This document shows, piece after piece, positions 49,120 through 58,367 of a DNA stretch of 62,654 bases. A model generated the notes under the pieces. It saw only the letters and a list, made by a program, of their open reading frames with translations. It ran no database searches and had not been told where the DNA came from. This DNA comes from a virus (taxonomy: Duplodnaviria > Caudoviricetes): the IMG/VR virus record IMGVR_UViG_3300020193_000020, positions 1 through 62,654 of that record; one strand, given 5' to 3'. Both the position numbers and the translations under genes were made by a program. Positions within the stretch are counted from its first letter, which is position 1. Each line of letters begins with the position of its first letter.

Positions 49120-50097
49120 ATGATTTGGGGAAATAAAGACTCAAAAACAATCACAGGAACATCAATTGGTGTTACTAATAGTAGTGCAGCGGTAACGGGT
49201 ACTGGTACAACATTTACCACAAGTTTAGAACCAGGAAATTATCTAGTAATTTCTGGCGTTGAATATAAAGTTTATGAAATTACAAGTAATACTGCTCTAA
49301 CATTAGATAGAAATTATCTAGGTTCAACTGCAACAATTACAATTTCAGGAAACGTAACAGGCAACGAAAAGCCTTCATATATTCCAACAGCAGATATTCC
49401 AAATGTATTCGGTGTTGATAGAACAGAAATTGCTGCTGGTTCTGATAATGTAGTAACCGTTGCTGTTATTTCTGGTGGAACAAAATATACGGAAACACCA
49501 GCGGTTTCATTTAGTGGTGGTGGTGGTTCTTCTGCTGCCGCAACTGCAACAATTTCTGGTGGAGCTGTTACAGGAATTGCAGTTTCAAACGTGGGTTCTT
49601 CATATACTTCAGCTCCTACCGTAACAGTAGTTGCTCCTTTTGCAACAATCGCAACTTCAGCAGTAAATACAACAACAGATATTATTACTTATAGTTCACA
49701 CAAATTTGTTACTGGTGATGAAGTAACTTATACGAATGGTGGTGGAACAACCTTGGGTGGATTAACAAACAGCACACAATATTACATTTATAAAGTTAAT
49801 GATAACAGCTTTAGTTTATATGATACCCTGAATAATGCAAATGCTGGTGGTGAAACAGGTTTAATCAATTTAAGTGGAACGGGTAATAATGCACAGAAAC
49901 TAACATTAACATCTGGAGCAGCAACAGCATCATCAGTATTAGGTGTTAGTGAAAATGGCAAAGGTTTACATGTTGGTTGGGTTAAAAAAACAGTCGGTAC
50001 AGGTGGACGTGCGGGACGTGTTCAATACGAAACACTCGTAGCTATGGGTGGTAATATGGTTGGAGATGCAGAAGACATTAACTTCCCTGACGCATAA
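49120..50097 (+). CDS. Virion structural protein
   Basis: WG..D N-terminus, HVGWV..GRVQYETLVAM C-terminus, GG..Y..P repeats; late promoter. Confidence 0.78.
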   Translation: MIWGNKDSKTITGTSIGVTNSSAAVTGTGTTFTTSLEPGNYLVISGVEYKVYEITSNTALTLDRNYLGSTATITISGNVTGNEKPSYIPTADIPNVFGVDRTEIAAGSDNVVTVAVISGGTKYTETPAVSFSGGGGSSAAATATISGGAVTGIAVSNVGSSYTSAPTVTVVAPFATIATSAVNTTTDIITYSSHKFVTGDEVTYTNGGGTTLGGLTNSTQYYIYKVNDNSFSLYDTLNNANAGGETGLINLSGTGNNAQKLTLTSGAATASSVLGVSENGKGLHVGWVKKTVGTGGRAGRVQYETLVAMGGNMVGDAEDINFPDA

Positions 50098-50110
50098 TTT
50101 CAACTTTAAA

Positions 50111-50153
50111 AAATAAAAAGGGGCTTGACAAAAGCCCCTTTTTTTGTTACTAT
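50111..50153 (+). terminator. Intrinsic terminator overlapping the hsp20 promoter
   Basis: GGGGCTT-GACAA-AAGCCCC-T7; contains TTGACA(50125)-17-TACTAT(50148). Confidence 0.82.
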
Positions 50154-50164
50154 ATATTATAGAA

Positions 50165-50211
50165 GATGCCTTATGGGATCTTTAATAACACTCGCTTATT
50201 AGGAGAAAAAC
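50165..50211 (+). promoter_or_regulatory. ROSE-like RNA thermometer candidate in the hsp20 leader
   Basis: CTCGCT-TATT-AGGAG pairs with the RBS leaving a bulged G; upstream GATGCC..GGGATC hairpin. Confidence 0.55.
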
Positions 50212-50649
50212 ATGACATATAGACGCATTTCCGTAAATAGTGGAACTACTAATCCACCACTATTTACACACAATTTGTTATCTGATTTTTGGGTTGAACA
50301 AGCAAAATTATCAGGTACTTTTCCACCATACAATCTAGTAAAAAACGAAGATAATACAAAATATATTCTTACTTTGGCGGTTGCCGGTTATGGATCGAAT
50401 GATATTAGTGTGTCTGTGGAAGACAACGAACTAATTATCACAGGTAAAATTGAACCTAAAAATTTACCTGAATCCATGTCTTATGTACATAAAGGTATTG
50501 CTGAGAGAATGTTCACAAAAAATTTCCATTTGGGTGAATATATCGAAGTAACAGATGTGAAATATGAAAATGGTATTCTAGAAGTTTATCTAGAATTAAA
50601 TTTACCAGAACACAAGAAGCCAAAGAAGTTTAATATTATTACAAAGTAA
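50212..50649 (+). CDS. hsp20: Small heat-shock protein (IbpA-like)
   Basis: FPPYNL, LAVAGY, HKGIAERMF, ENGIL..PEHKKPK. Confidence 0.95.
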   Translation: MTYRRISVNSGTTNPPLFTHNLLSDFWVEQAKLSGTFPPYNLVKNEDNTKYILTLAVAGYGSNDISVSVEDNELIITGKIEPKNLPESMSYVHKGIAERMFTKNFHLGEYIEVTDVKYENGILEVYLELNLPEHKKPKKFNIITK

Positions 50650-50651
50650 AA

Positions 50652-50675
50652 ATGGGGAGGAATATTCCTCCCCAT
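50652..50675. other. Perfect 24-bp palindrome after hsp20
   Basis: ATGGGGAGGAATATTCCTCCCCAT. Confidence 0.75.
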
Positions 50676-50684
50676 AAGGAAAAT

Positions 50685-50951
50685 ATGAAAATTATAAAAT
50701 TTGGAGCGGAATGGTGTGCATCATGTAAAGTACTGCAACCAATTATGGAAGAATTAATTCTTACGAATCCAAGTCACGAATTTATTTTTGAAGATGTTGA
50801 TACAGAAAAAGGTGAAAATGTAGCAGTAACATATAAAATAAAATCTTTACCAACAACAGTATTCATCAATCATTGTGGTGAAGAAATTTACAGATTTAGT
50901 GGTTTAAAAAATAAATCTGTTATTCAATCTTATATTGATAATCTATCATAA
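50685..50951 (+). CDS. Thioredoxin
   Basis: KFGAEWCASC, IKSLPT; AAGGA RBS. Confidence 0.9.
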   Translation: MKIIKFGAEWCASCKVLQPIMEELILTNPSHEFIFEDVDTEKGENVAVTYKIKSLPTTVFINHCGEEIYRFSGLKNKSVIQSYIDNLS

Positions 50952-50978
50952 CTATAATAATTAAAAAGTAAAGATAAA

Positions 50979-51015
50979 AAATCGGCGATCTTATGAATTG
51001 CCGATTTAGTTTTTT
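50979..51015 (+). terminator. Probable intrinsic terminator
   Basis: AAATCGGCGAT..ATTGCCGATTT followed by a T run. Confidence 0.65.
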
Positions 51016-51034
51016 AATAGTAACAAAGGAAAAT

Positions 51035-51226
51035 ATGATTAAAATTGTAAGTGTTTTTTTATTTACAACATCTGTATTTGCACAAACTAATTCCGCTTTT
51101 ATTGGTAAAATTTATGATGCTGATAAAAAGATTATTATTGGTGTGAAAGTAAATGTTTAAAATGAAAAAACTGTTGGGCTTGGGACATCAAGACAATTAC
51201 AATTAAGTTTAAGAGTAAATTTTTAA
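51035..51226 (+). pseudogene. Remnant of a secreted carboxypeptidase-regulatory-like (TonB-receptor N-terminal) domain gene
   Basis: MIKIVSVFLFTTSVFAQTNSAFIGKIYDADKKIIIGVKVNV*NEKT; internal TAA at 51158. Confidence 0.5.
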
Positions 51227-51441
51227 TGACTGATAAACAAAAAATAAATAAATATGAAAAACTTCTGCACACATTTGTATTGTGTGCAGAAGTAACAATG
51301 GATAACTAAAAATTAAATGCTTTGATCAGAAACATTTGTAAATGGTCATATGCACATAGAGTTGGGAATGGGATATACACAGAGGAACAACAAAATGAAA
51401 TCATTAAAACAGAATTTGACAAATTACTACGAGTTGATTAA
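51226..51441 (+). pseudogene. Small phage protein gene with an internal TAA
   Basis: MTDKQKINKYEKLLH..DN*KLNALIRNICKWSYAHRVGNG..; TAA at 51307. Confidence 0.55.
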
Positions 51442-52039
51442 AGAAAAAATTGACGACATTCTTTACGATTCAAAATACTATTTTGATTGTGTAATTGATC
51501 CGATTATATACAGAACAACCCGTAGATATCATGTTGTAGATACAAAACTAAAGCCAAGATATTATGATAAAGACACAATTATTCTACATTCAATGTTTTC
51601 TATTCTTGTTGATTTTGTAGAAATAGAAAAGGCTTGGTTGAATACTTGGTACAATGAAAATAAATATAAAAAATTACCTTGGTTTAAAAGAAAGTTTGGT
51701 GGATTTAGATCACCAGAAGACGGTCTAGCTTATTTAACTTGGGAAATTGAACAAAGCAATAAGGTTGAATTTCTTTCACAAGCAGAAGCAGCAAAAGAAA
51801 TCTTTGAGTTATATGATTGGTGGAAAAATATAAGACCTAATAGAAAAGATCCACTCGAACTTGCATGTTATGATGAACACTTTGATAATAATAAAGATTG
51901 GCCCTTGAGTGGTAAAAAATTGACTGATGAACAAACAAAATGTTTGGATGATGTAAATAAATATCAAGAAGACCAATACAATGAAGATAGTGAGATGTTA
52001 ATGAGAATTATCAAGACTAGAAATTGTATGTGGACATAA
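51395..52039 (+). CDS. Hypothetical phage protein
   Basis: LVDFVEIEKA..ELYDWWK..R..MWT; GAGG RBS. Confidence 0.75.
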   Translation: MKSLKQNLTNYYELIKEKIDDILYDSKYYFDCVIDPIIYRTTRRYHVVDTKLKPRYYDKDTIILHSMFSILVDFVEIEKAWLNTWYNENKYKKLPWFKRKFGGFRSPEDGLAYLTWEIEQSNKVEFLSQAEAAKEIFELYDWWKNIRPNRKDPLELACYDEHFDNNKDWPLSGKKLTDEQTKCLDDVNKYQEDQYNEDSEMLMRIIKTRNCMWT

Positions 52040-52041
52040 GT

Positions 52042-52659
52042 ATGATAGACAAAAAACTGTATCAGCCAATTTTAGATGCTTGTGTTGCTTTAGATGTAAC
52101 AGATATTTTTTTACAAAAAGCGATTATTGCAAATGCATATAAAGAATGTGGATGTGTTCCACAAGAAGAAAATCTCAATTACTCAAAAACATCTAATGAT
52201 AGAATTCGTTCTATCTTTGGATCTAGAGTAAAAGGATTAACGGATGAACAACTTAATAGGATTAAATCTACTCCAAAAACTTTTGCTGAATATGTATATG
52301 GTAAAGGAAATTCTGTAGGAGTATCAATGGGCAATCTACAAGATGGTGATGGTTGGACTTATCGTGGTAGAGGATATATTCAAATCACAGGAAGAAATAA
52401 TTATAAAAGATTTGGTGATCTTACTGGTTTTAATCTTATTGAAGATCCTAGTTTGTTAGTTGTTGATAATAATATTTCAGCTATGGTTGCTGTTGCTTTT
52501 GTTAAATCTGGTTTAAAGAAATTAAATTTCGACAATCAATCGGAAACAAATCGTGCGGTAACACAGTTAATTGGCGGTAATGGTTTAAATTTAACCACCG
52601 GTTATGGAGCAGAATTGTTAGCAAAAGTTAATAATATTTCTTCTAAAATCAAAATTTAA
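52042..52659 (+). CDS. GH19 (chitinase-like) endolysin
   Basis: KECG..EENLNYS, GDGWTYRGRGYIQITGRNNY. Confidence 0.9.
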   Translation: MIDKKLYQPILDACVALDVTDIFLQKAIIANAYKECGCVPQEENLNYSKTSNDRIRSIFGSRVKGLTDEQLNRIKSTPKTFAEYVYGKGNSVGVSMGNLQDGDGWTYRGRGYIQITGRNNYKRFGDLTGFNLIEDPSLLVVDNNISAMVAVAFVKSGLKKLNFDNQSETNRAVTQLIGGNGLNLTTGYGAELLAKVNNISSKIKI

Positions 52660-52661
52660 AG

Positions 52662-52690
52662 TTGCAAAACTTCGTTAATTGTGATATAAT
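52662..52690 (+). promoter_or_regulatory. Sigma70-type promoter for gp43
   Basis: TTGCAA-17-TATAAT with extended TG; ATG 7 nt after the -10. Confidence 0.78.
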
Positions 52691-52696
52691 AAAATT

Positions 52697-55192
52697 ATGA
52701 AATTTTATACCAATGTTTGTAGTATTGGAAATACGGTTTATACTCGTGAAGTGAATAATGGTTGTGCCTATTCATTTAAAGAAGAGTATAAACCATCACT
52801 ATTCGTTCCATCAAAAAATAAAACTGGTTATAAGTCATTAGATAATAAATACTTAGAAAAAATAGATTTTCTCAATATCAAAGATTATAAAGAATTTATT
52901 GAGAAATATAAAGATGTTTCTAACTTTTCTATCTATGGTGACATAAATCCAGTTTTTTCCTATATATGTGATAATTATCCAAACGATATTGATTTTGATA
53001 TGAAGTATATCAAAATCCTAACAATAGATATTGAAACAGAATCAGAAAATGGTTTTCCTAAAGTAGAATTAACACAGGAACGTGTTAACCTAATTACATT
53101 AAAACAATTTAATTCACCTTTCTTTTTCACCTTTGGACTTGGTGATTTCACTCCACAAAATAAATTTCAAAATTATCTAAAGTGTAATGATGAATGTGAA
53201 CTTTTAGAAAAATTTCTTTCATTTTTAGATAAAATGCAACCCGATGTAATAACTGGTTGGAACGTTAGATTTTTTGATATTCCGTATTTAGTTGGAAGAA
53301 TTAATAAAATTTTGGGTGAAGGTGCAGCCAAAAGACTTTCTTTTTGGAAAAATATTCGAGAAAAAATAGTTATTCTTAATGGTAAAGCAAATAAAACATA
53401 TGATTTGTATGGAACATCAATCATAGATTATTATGAAATATACAAGAAGAATGTACTTGAACCACGTGAAAGTTACACATTAGATTTTATTGCAGAAACT
53501 GAACTTGGCGAAAACAAAATTCCGTTTGATGGTTCTTTTCGTGAATTTTATACAGATCATCATCAGAAATTTGTTGAATATAATATTCAAGATACTTATC
53601 TTGTTGATAAGTTAGAAGCTAAATTAAAATTAATTGAATTAACACTAAGCGTTGCTTATTTCGGTCATGTTAACTACATTGATGTATTATCACAAGTTAG
53701 AACATGGGACACGATAATTTATAATTATCTAAAAAATAAAAATATAATTGTTCCACAAAAGAAAACTTCTTTAAAGGAAGAACAATTTGTTGGAGCATAT
53801 GTAAAAAATCCAAAAGTCGGTTTTCATAAATGGGTAGTTAGTTTTGACGTAAACTCTCTTTATCCATCAATTATTCGCTTTTTAAATATTGGTGTTGAAT
53901 CAAAAACAACCGAAAAAAGAAACTTTATTATTGATTCTGTATTACAAACAAATAGTTATGATTATGATAAAGATTGCACTATTGGGTGTAATGGAGTAAC
54001 ATATCGAAAAGATAAAGTTAGTTTTTATTCTGAACTTGTTGAAAAATTATTTAATGATAGAGTTAAGTTTAGAAAACTTGCTAAAGATACGAAAAAGAAA
54101 ATAAAAGATAATCCCAAAGTAGATAATCTACTAGAATTACAAAATCTCGAAAGTAAATACGACCTAAAACAAAAGACGATGAAGATTCAGCTTAATTCAC
54201 TTTATGGTGCATTGGGAAATGAATATTTTAGATTTTTTGATTTAGAAAATGCAATGGCCGTTACAACAACAGGTCAATTTATTATTCGTTATGTTGGTGA
54301 TAAACTGAACAAATTCATGAATAAATTAGTGGAAACAGCAAATCACGAATATGTTATTTACATAGATACCGACTCGAATTATTTATCTTTAGATAAATTG
54401 GTTGAAAAAAAATTTAGTAAAGAAACAGAACCAAAGGTGATTCTGGATTATGTTGATAATTTTTGTAATGATGTAATTGAACCCGAAATTGAAAAGATAT
54501 TTAAAGATATTTCTGATAATTTTTTAAATGGAATGAATGCAGAAATTCTTAAAATGAAACGTGAGGTAATTGCCGATAAAGGTATTTGGCAAGCAAAAAA
54601 ACGTTATATTTTAAATGTTCTTGACACAGAAGGTTTAAAACATGAACAAGCAAAACTAAAAATTATGGGTGTGGAGATTATTAAATCATCAACCCCGAAA
54701 TTTTGTAGAAATGAAATGAAAAAGTGTGTTGAACTTATTATGAATACTGATGAAACAACAGTTCAAAACTACATCAACGAAGTTAGAAATAAGTTCAATA
54801 ATCTTCCGTTAGAGCAAATATCATTTCCAAGATCCGTAAACGGACTTTTAAAGTATTATGACAAAGATACAATTTATGGTAAAAAAACACCTATTCATGT
54901 AAAAGGAGCATTAATATTTAACAACCTTTTAGATAAAAACAATTTAACTACAAAGTATCCTTTAATAAACGAAGGAGAAAAAATTAAATTTATTTATCTT
55001 AAAAAACAAAATCCAACTCCAGATGTAGTAATTTCATTTATTAAAAAATTACCAAAAGAATTAGGATTACACAAATATATTGATTATGATAAACAATTTG
55101 AGAAAAGTTTTATTGAACCACTAAAAAGTATTCTAGATACTATTAATTGGTCAGTTGAAAAAAGAATTACATTAGAGGAATTATTCGGATAA
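52697..55192 (+). CDS. gp43: Family B DNA polymerase
   Basis: DIET, TGWN..FDIPY, FDVNSLYPS, KIQLNSLYG, YIDTDS, KKRY. Confidence 0.97.
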   Translation: MKFYTNVCSIGNTVYTREVNNGCAYSFKEEYKPSLFVPSKNKTGYKSLDNKYLEKIDFLNIKDYKEFIEKYKDVSNFSIYGDINPVFSYICDNYPNDIDFDMKYIKILTIDIETESENGFPKVELTQERVNLITLKQFNSPFFFTFGLGDFTPQNKFQNYLKCNDECELLEKFLSFLDKMQPDVITGWNVRFFDIPYLVGRINKILGEGAAKRLSFWKNIREKIVILNGKANKTYDLYGTSIIDYYEIYKKNVLEPRESYTLDFIAETELGENKIPFDGSFREFYTDHHQKFVEYNIQDTYLVDKLEAKLKLIELTLSVAYFGHVNYIDVLSQVRTWDTIIYNYLKNKNIIVPQKKTSLKEEQFVGAYVKNPKVGFHKWVVSFDVNSLYPSIIRFLNIGVESKTTEKRNFIIDSVLQTNSYDYDKDCTIGCNGVTYRKDKVSFYSELVEKLFNDRVKFRKLAKDTKKKIKDNPKVDNLLELQNLESKYDLKQKTMKIQLNSLYGALGNEYFRFFDLENAMAVTTTGQFIIRYVGDKLNKFMNKLVETANHEYVIYIDTDSNYLSLDKLVEKKFSKETEPKVILDYVDNFCNDVIEPEIEKIFKDISDNFLNGMNAEILKMKREVIADKGIWQAKKRYILNVLDTEGLKHEQAKLKIMGVEIIKSSTPKFCRNEMKKCVELIMNTDETTVQNYINEVRNKFNNLPLEQISFPRSVNGLLKYYDKDTIYGKKTPIHVKGALIFNNLLDKNNLTTKYPLINEGEKIKFIYLKKQNPTPDVVISFIKKLPKELGLHKYIDYDKQFEKSFIEPLKSILDTINWSVEKRITLEELFG

Positions 55193-55193
55193 T

Positions 55194-56279
55194 ATGACTA
55201 AACAAAAAGACGATTATTTTGATGAGTTAATTAAATTAACAGACAATAAATATGCATCACTAGCAGCAGATGGTATTGAAGCGGGAGACGTTACTGGTTA
55301 TGTAACAACTGGTTCATATATGATGAATGCGATTTTATCAGGTTCAATTTATGGAGGATTACCTAATAATAAAATTACAGCAATTGCTGGTGAAGAAGCT
55401 ACCGGAAAAACATATATTGTACTTGATATATGTAAATCATATTTAGAAAAAAATGCTAATGCTGCTGTTTTTTATTTTGAAACAGAGTCAGCACTTTCTA
55501 AAAGTATTCTTCAAGAAAGAGGCATTAAAACAGATAAATTTTACATCCTCCCAGTAACAACAGTTCAAGAATTCAGAACACAAATGTTAAAAATTCTAGA
55601 AGGTTATTTGTCCCAATCAAAAGCTGAACGTCAACCTTTAATACTTGTTTTAGATTCATTAGGTATGTTATCTACAACAAAAGAACTGGAAGATTCAACT
55701 TCTGGTTCTGAAACTAAAGACATGACCAGAGCAGCATTATTCAAAGCCACATTTAGAACTATTACATTAAAACTTGGACGTGCTGGTGTTCCTTTAATAG
55801 TAACAAATCATACATATGATGAACAAGGTAAAATGTTTGCTGCAAAAGTAATGTCGGGGGGTTCTGGTCTGAAGTATGCCGCATCTTCAATATTATTTCT
55901 TTCAAAAGCAAAAGATAAAGCTGGTAACGATGTTGTAGGAAACATTATAACAGTAACTAACAAAAAGGGAAGATTAACTAAAGAAAATTCTCAAATAAAA
56001 CTAAAATTAAATTATGATACTGGTTTAAATCCTTATTATGGTCTTTTAGAATTAGGAGAAAAATATAAACTATTTACTAAAATTTCTAATAAGTATGAGA
56101 TTAATGGTCAAAAAGCTTTTGAGAGTGTTATTCTAAAAAATCCAGAAAAATATTTTACTAAAGATATTCTGGATCAGTTAGATGTTTGCGCTAGAGAAGA
56201 ATTTTATTATGGATTGAAAAAGAAAAATTATTCAGAAACACAAGAAGATACTAATGAGGGAGATGAAGATGACGAATGA
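55194..56279 (+). CDS. uvsX: RecA-like recombinase
   Basis: AGEEATGKT, LDSLGML, DMTRA, TNHTY, SGGSGLKYAAS. Confidence 0.95.
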   Translation: MTKQKDDYFDELIKLTDNKYASLAADGIEAGDVTGYVTTGSYMMNAILSGSIYGGLPNNKITAIAGEEATGKTYIVLDICKSYLEKNANAAVFYFETESALSKSILQERGIKTDKFYILPVTTVQEFRTQMLKILEGYLSQSKAERQPLILVLDSLGMLSTTKELEDSTSGSETKDMTRAALFKATFRTITLKLGRAGVPLIVTNHTYDEQGKMFAAKVMSGGSGLKYAASSILFLSKAKDKAGNDVVGNIITVTNKKGRLTKENSQIKLKLNYDTGLNPYYGLLELGEKYKLFTKISNKYEINGQKAFESVILKNPEKYFTKDILDQLDVCAREEFYYGLKKKNYSETQEDTNEGDEDDE

Positions 56280-56577
56280 ATTTAATGTTAATTATGTAAA
56301 AATTAAAGATGATATTGTTGTTAAAATTTTAGAAGAAAAATACTTGAATGTTATGTTCAAATATGATAAACTAGAAGTAAATGATGATATTCTTACGTTC
56401 AATATAGATGTAGTTGATTCAAGTAACATTTCTGAAGAAGTGTTAGATGGTGACGAATTTAGTAATTACTGTAGTGATTTGCTAGCACACTTATTGAAAA
56501 AATCAATGGAACTTGAAGAAGGTAATTTAAAAGATAATAATGACAGCAGAGAAAGTGATTCTAAAGAATCTGATTAA
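56269..56577 (+). CDS. gp40: gp40-like head vertex assembly chaperone
   Basis: Between uvsX and gp41; I.E.KY..V.FKY..L.F pattern. Confidence 0.6.
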   Translation: MTNEFNVNYVKIKDDIVVKILEEKYLNVMFKYDKLEVNDDILTFNIDVVDSSNISEEVLDGDEFSNYCSDLLAHLLKKSMELEEGNLKDNNDSRESDSKESD

Positions 56578-58300
56578 AAACGATGATTATGTGAGAAAGG
56601 TTCTTCCGTTTATTGATGAAGAATATTTTTCAAACTCACATGAGAGAATTATGTTCTCTCATGTGAGAGATTATTTTAATCAGTATAATAATACTCCTTC
56701 GAAAGAAGCCTTGGGTATTATTATATCAAATGATAAAAAAATTAATGAAAAAGATTTTGAATCTATTAAAGAAACACTAACTGAAATTAATGATGATAAT
56801 GAACAAACAAACACAGATTTTTTAATTCATACAACAGAAAAATTCTGTAAAGACAAAGCAATTTATAACGCAATCATTAAATCGGTGAATATCATTGAAG
56901 GTAAAGATCAAAAATTAGATACTGGTGTTTTACCTAAATTACTTAGTGATGCATTAGCTGTATCATTTGATAATCATATCGGTCATGATTACATTGACAA
57001 TTATCAAGAACGATATGAATTTTATCACAGGAAAGAAAATAAAGTTCCTTTTGGTCTTGACTATTTTAATAGAATTACTTCTGGTGGAGTTAGTGAAAAA
57101 ACATTAACAGTTATTTTAGCGGGGTGTGTTCATCCAGACACAAAAGTTAAGATACGATTTAAGAAAAAAATGATATGGACAGAAAAAGAAGTAAATATTT
57201 CAGAAATTAAAGAATTACTAGAAGATGGTTATGAAGTTGAAGTTTCATCTCCGGATGATTGGGTTAAAGTAAATTATTTTATAGATAAAGGTTTGTGGGA
57301 AGAATATATTTTACAAACAAATGATGGCAGAATAATCAGATGTAATCAAGATCATTTATTTGAAACTCAACATGGTTGGTTACCTGCTAACCATTTAGTT
57401 AATATGCAATCAGTAAAATTTTTAAATATTACTGGGGAATATGTTGATGGGAAAGTTGAAAAAACTAATAATATGATTCCGATTGTTGATATTAATGTTG
57501 AACATAAAAATCATAGGTATTATACAAACGGAATATCTAGTCATAATACCGGAGTTGGAAAATCTTTGTTTATGTGTGATATGGCATCATCAACATTTAT
57601 GGGTGGGAAAAATGTTCTTTATATCACATTAGAAATGTCAGAAGAAAGAATTGCTGAAAGAATTGACTCAAACCTTTTAAATGTTCCCATCACAGAAATG
57701 AGAAAATTATCAATTGATAATTTCTCTAAGAAAATTTCTGCTGTTAAAACTAGAACTGGTGGAAAGTTAGTTGTTAAAGAATATCCAACAGCATCAGCAA
57801 ACGTAAATCATTTTAGAACATTACTCAATGAACTACAAATCAAAAAGAATTTTATTCCAGATATTATCTTCATTGATTATTTAAATATATGCACAAGTTC
57901 AAGAATGAAAGTTGGTTCAAATGTAAATAGTTATACATACATTAAATCAATTGCTGAAGAAATTCGTGGTTTAGCTGTTGAATTTTCTATTCCTATTGTT
58001 AGTGCAACACAAACCACAAGATCGGGTTTTTGTTTGTCTTTGGATACAAAAATCATAATAAACGATGGTGAAGCGATACCAATTGAAGATGTTAAAGTTG
58101 GTGATAAAGTCTTGTCTAATACAGAATATAATATTGTTACTTATGTATTTCCAAAAAGAAAAAAGAAATTATATAAAGTAACGACCAAATCAGGAAAAAG
58201 TATATTGTGTAGTGAAGAACATATTTTTCCCACCAAAAACGGAGATAGGTCACTTAAAACAGGAATGGGTGTTGGAGATTTTTTACTGATTAGGGACTAG
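56540..58300 (+). CDS. gp41: Replicative helicase, N-terminal part (cis mini-intein plus split-intein N half)
   Basis: YVRKVLPF, IGHDY, ILAG/TGVGKS, YITLEMSEE, KEYPT, IDYLNIC, ATQTTRSGF. Confidence 0.95.
   Translation: MTAEKVILKNLIKNDDYVRKVLPFIDEEYFSNSHERIMFSHVRDYFNQYNNTPSKEALGIIISNDKKINEKDFESIKETLTEINDDNEQTNTDFLIHTTEKFCKDKAIYNAIIKSVNIIEGKDQKLDTGVLPKLLSDALAVSFDNHIGHDYIDNYQERYEFYHRKENKVPFGLDYFNRITSGGVSEKTLTVILAGCVHPDTKVKIRFKKKMIWTEKEVNISEIKELLEDGYEVEVSSPDDWVKVNYFIDKGLWEEYILQTNDGRIIRCNQDHLFETQHGWLPANHLVNMQSVKFLNITGEYVDGKVEKTNNMIPIVDINVEHKNHRYYTNGISSHNTGVGKSLFMCDMASSTFMGGKNVLYITLEMSEERIAERIDSNLLNVPITEMRKLSIDNFSKKISAVKTRTGGKLVVKEYPTASANVNHFRTLLNELQIKKNFIPDIIFIDYLNICTSSRMKVGSNVNSYTYIKSIAEEIRGLAVEFSIPIVSATQTTRSGFCLSLDTKIIINDGEAIPIEDVKVGDKVLSNTEYNIVTYVFPKRKKKLYKVTTKSGKSILCSEEHIFPTKNGDRSLKTGMGVGDFLLIRD
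57125..57547 (+). mobile_element. Cis mini-intein (141 aa) in helicase Walker A
   Basis: Starts CVHPDT, block B CNQDHLF, ends YYTNGISSHN|T; too short for an endonuclease. Confidence 0.92.
58031..58297 (+). mobile_element. Split intein N-fragment (89 aa)
   Basis: RSGF|CLSLDT..VKVGDKVLS..CSEEHIFPT..VGDFL then TAG. Confidence 0.92.
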
Positions 58301-58367
58301 AAGATATATAAATAAATCGTAAAAGGTTCTCAGCCTTCAGGATACAAGCGAGGTAGAAAATTAAAAA

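Noticed and set aside
52697-56279. Intein or intron in gp43 or uvsX
   Set aside because: Lengths and motif spacing look normal; no splice-junction motifs seen.
58298-58367. TAG readthrough or recoded genetic code joining the helicase halves
   Set aside because: A TAA follows five codons later, the second ORF is in another frame, and core genes are intact in the standard code.
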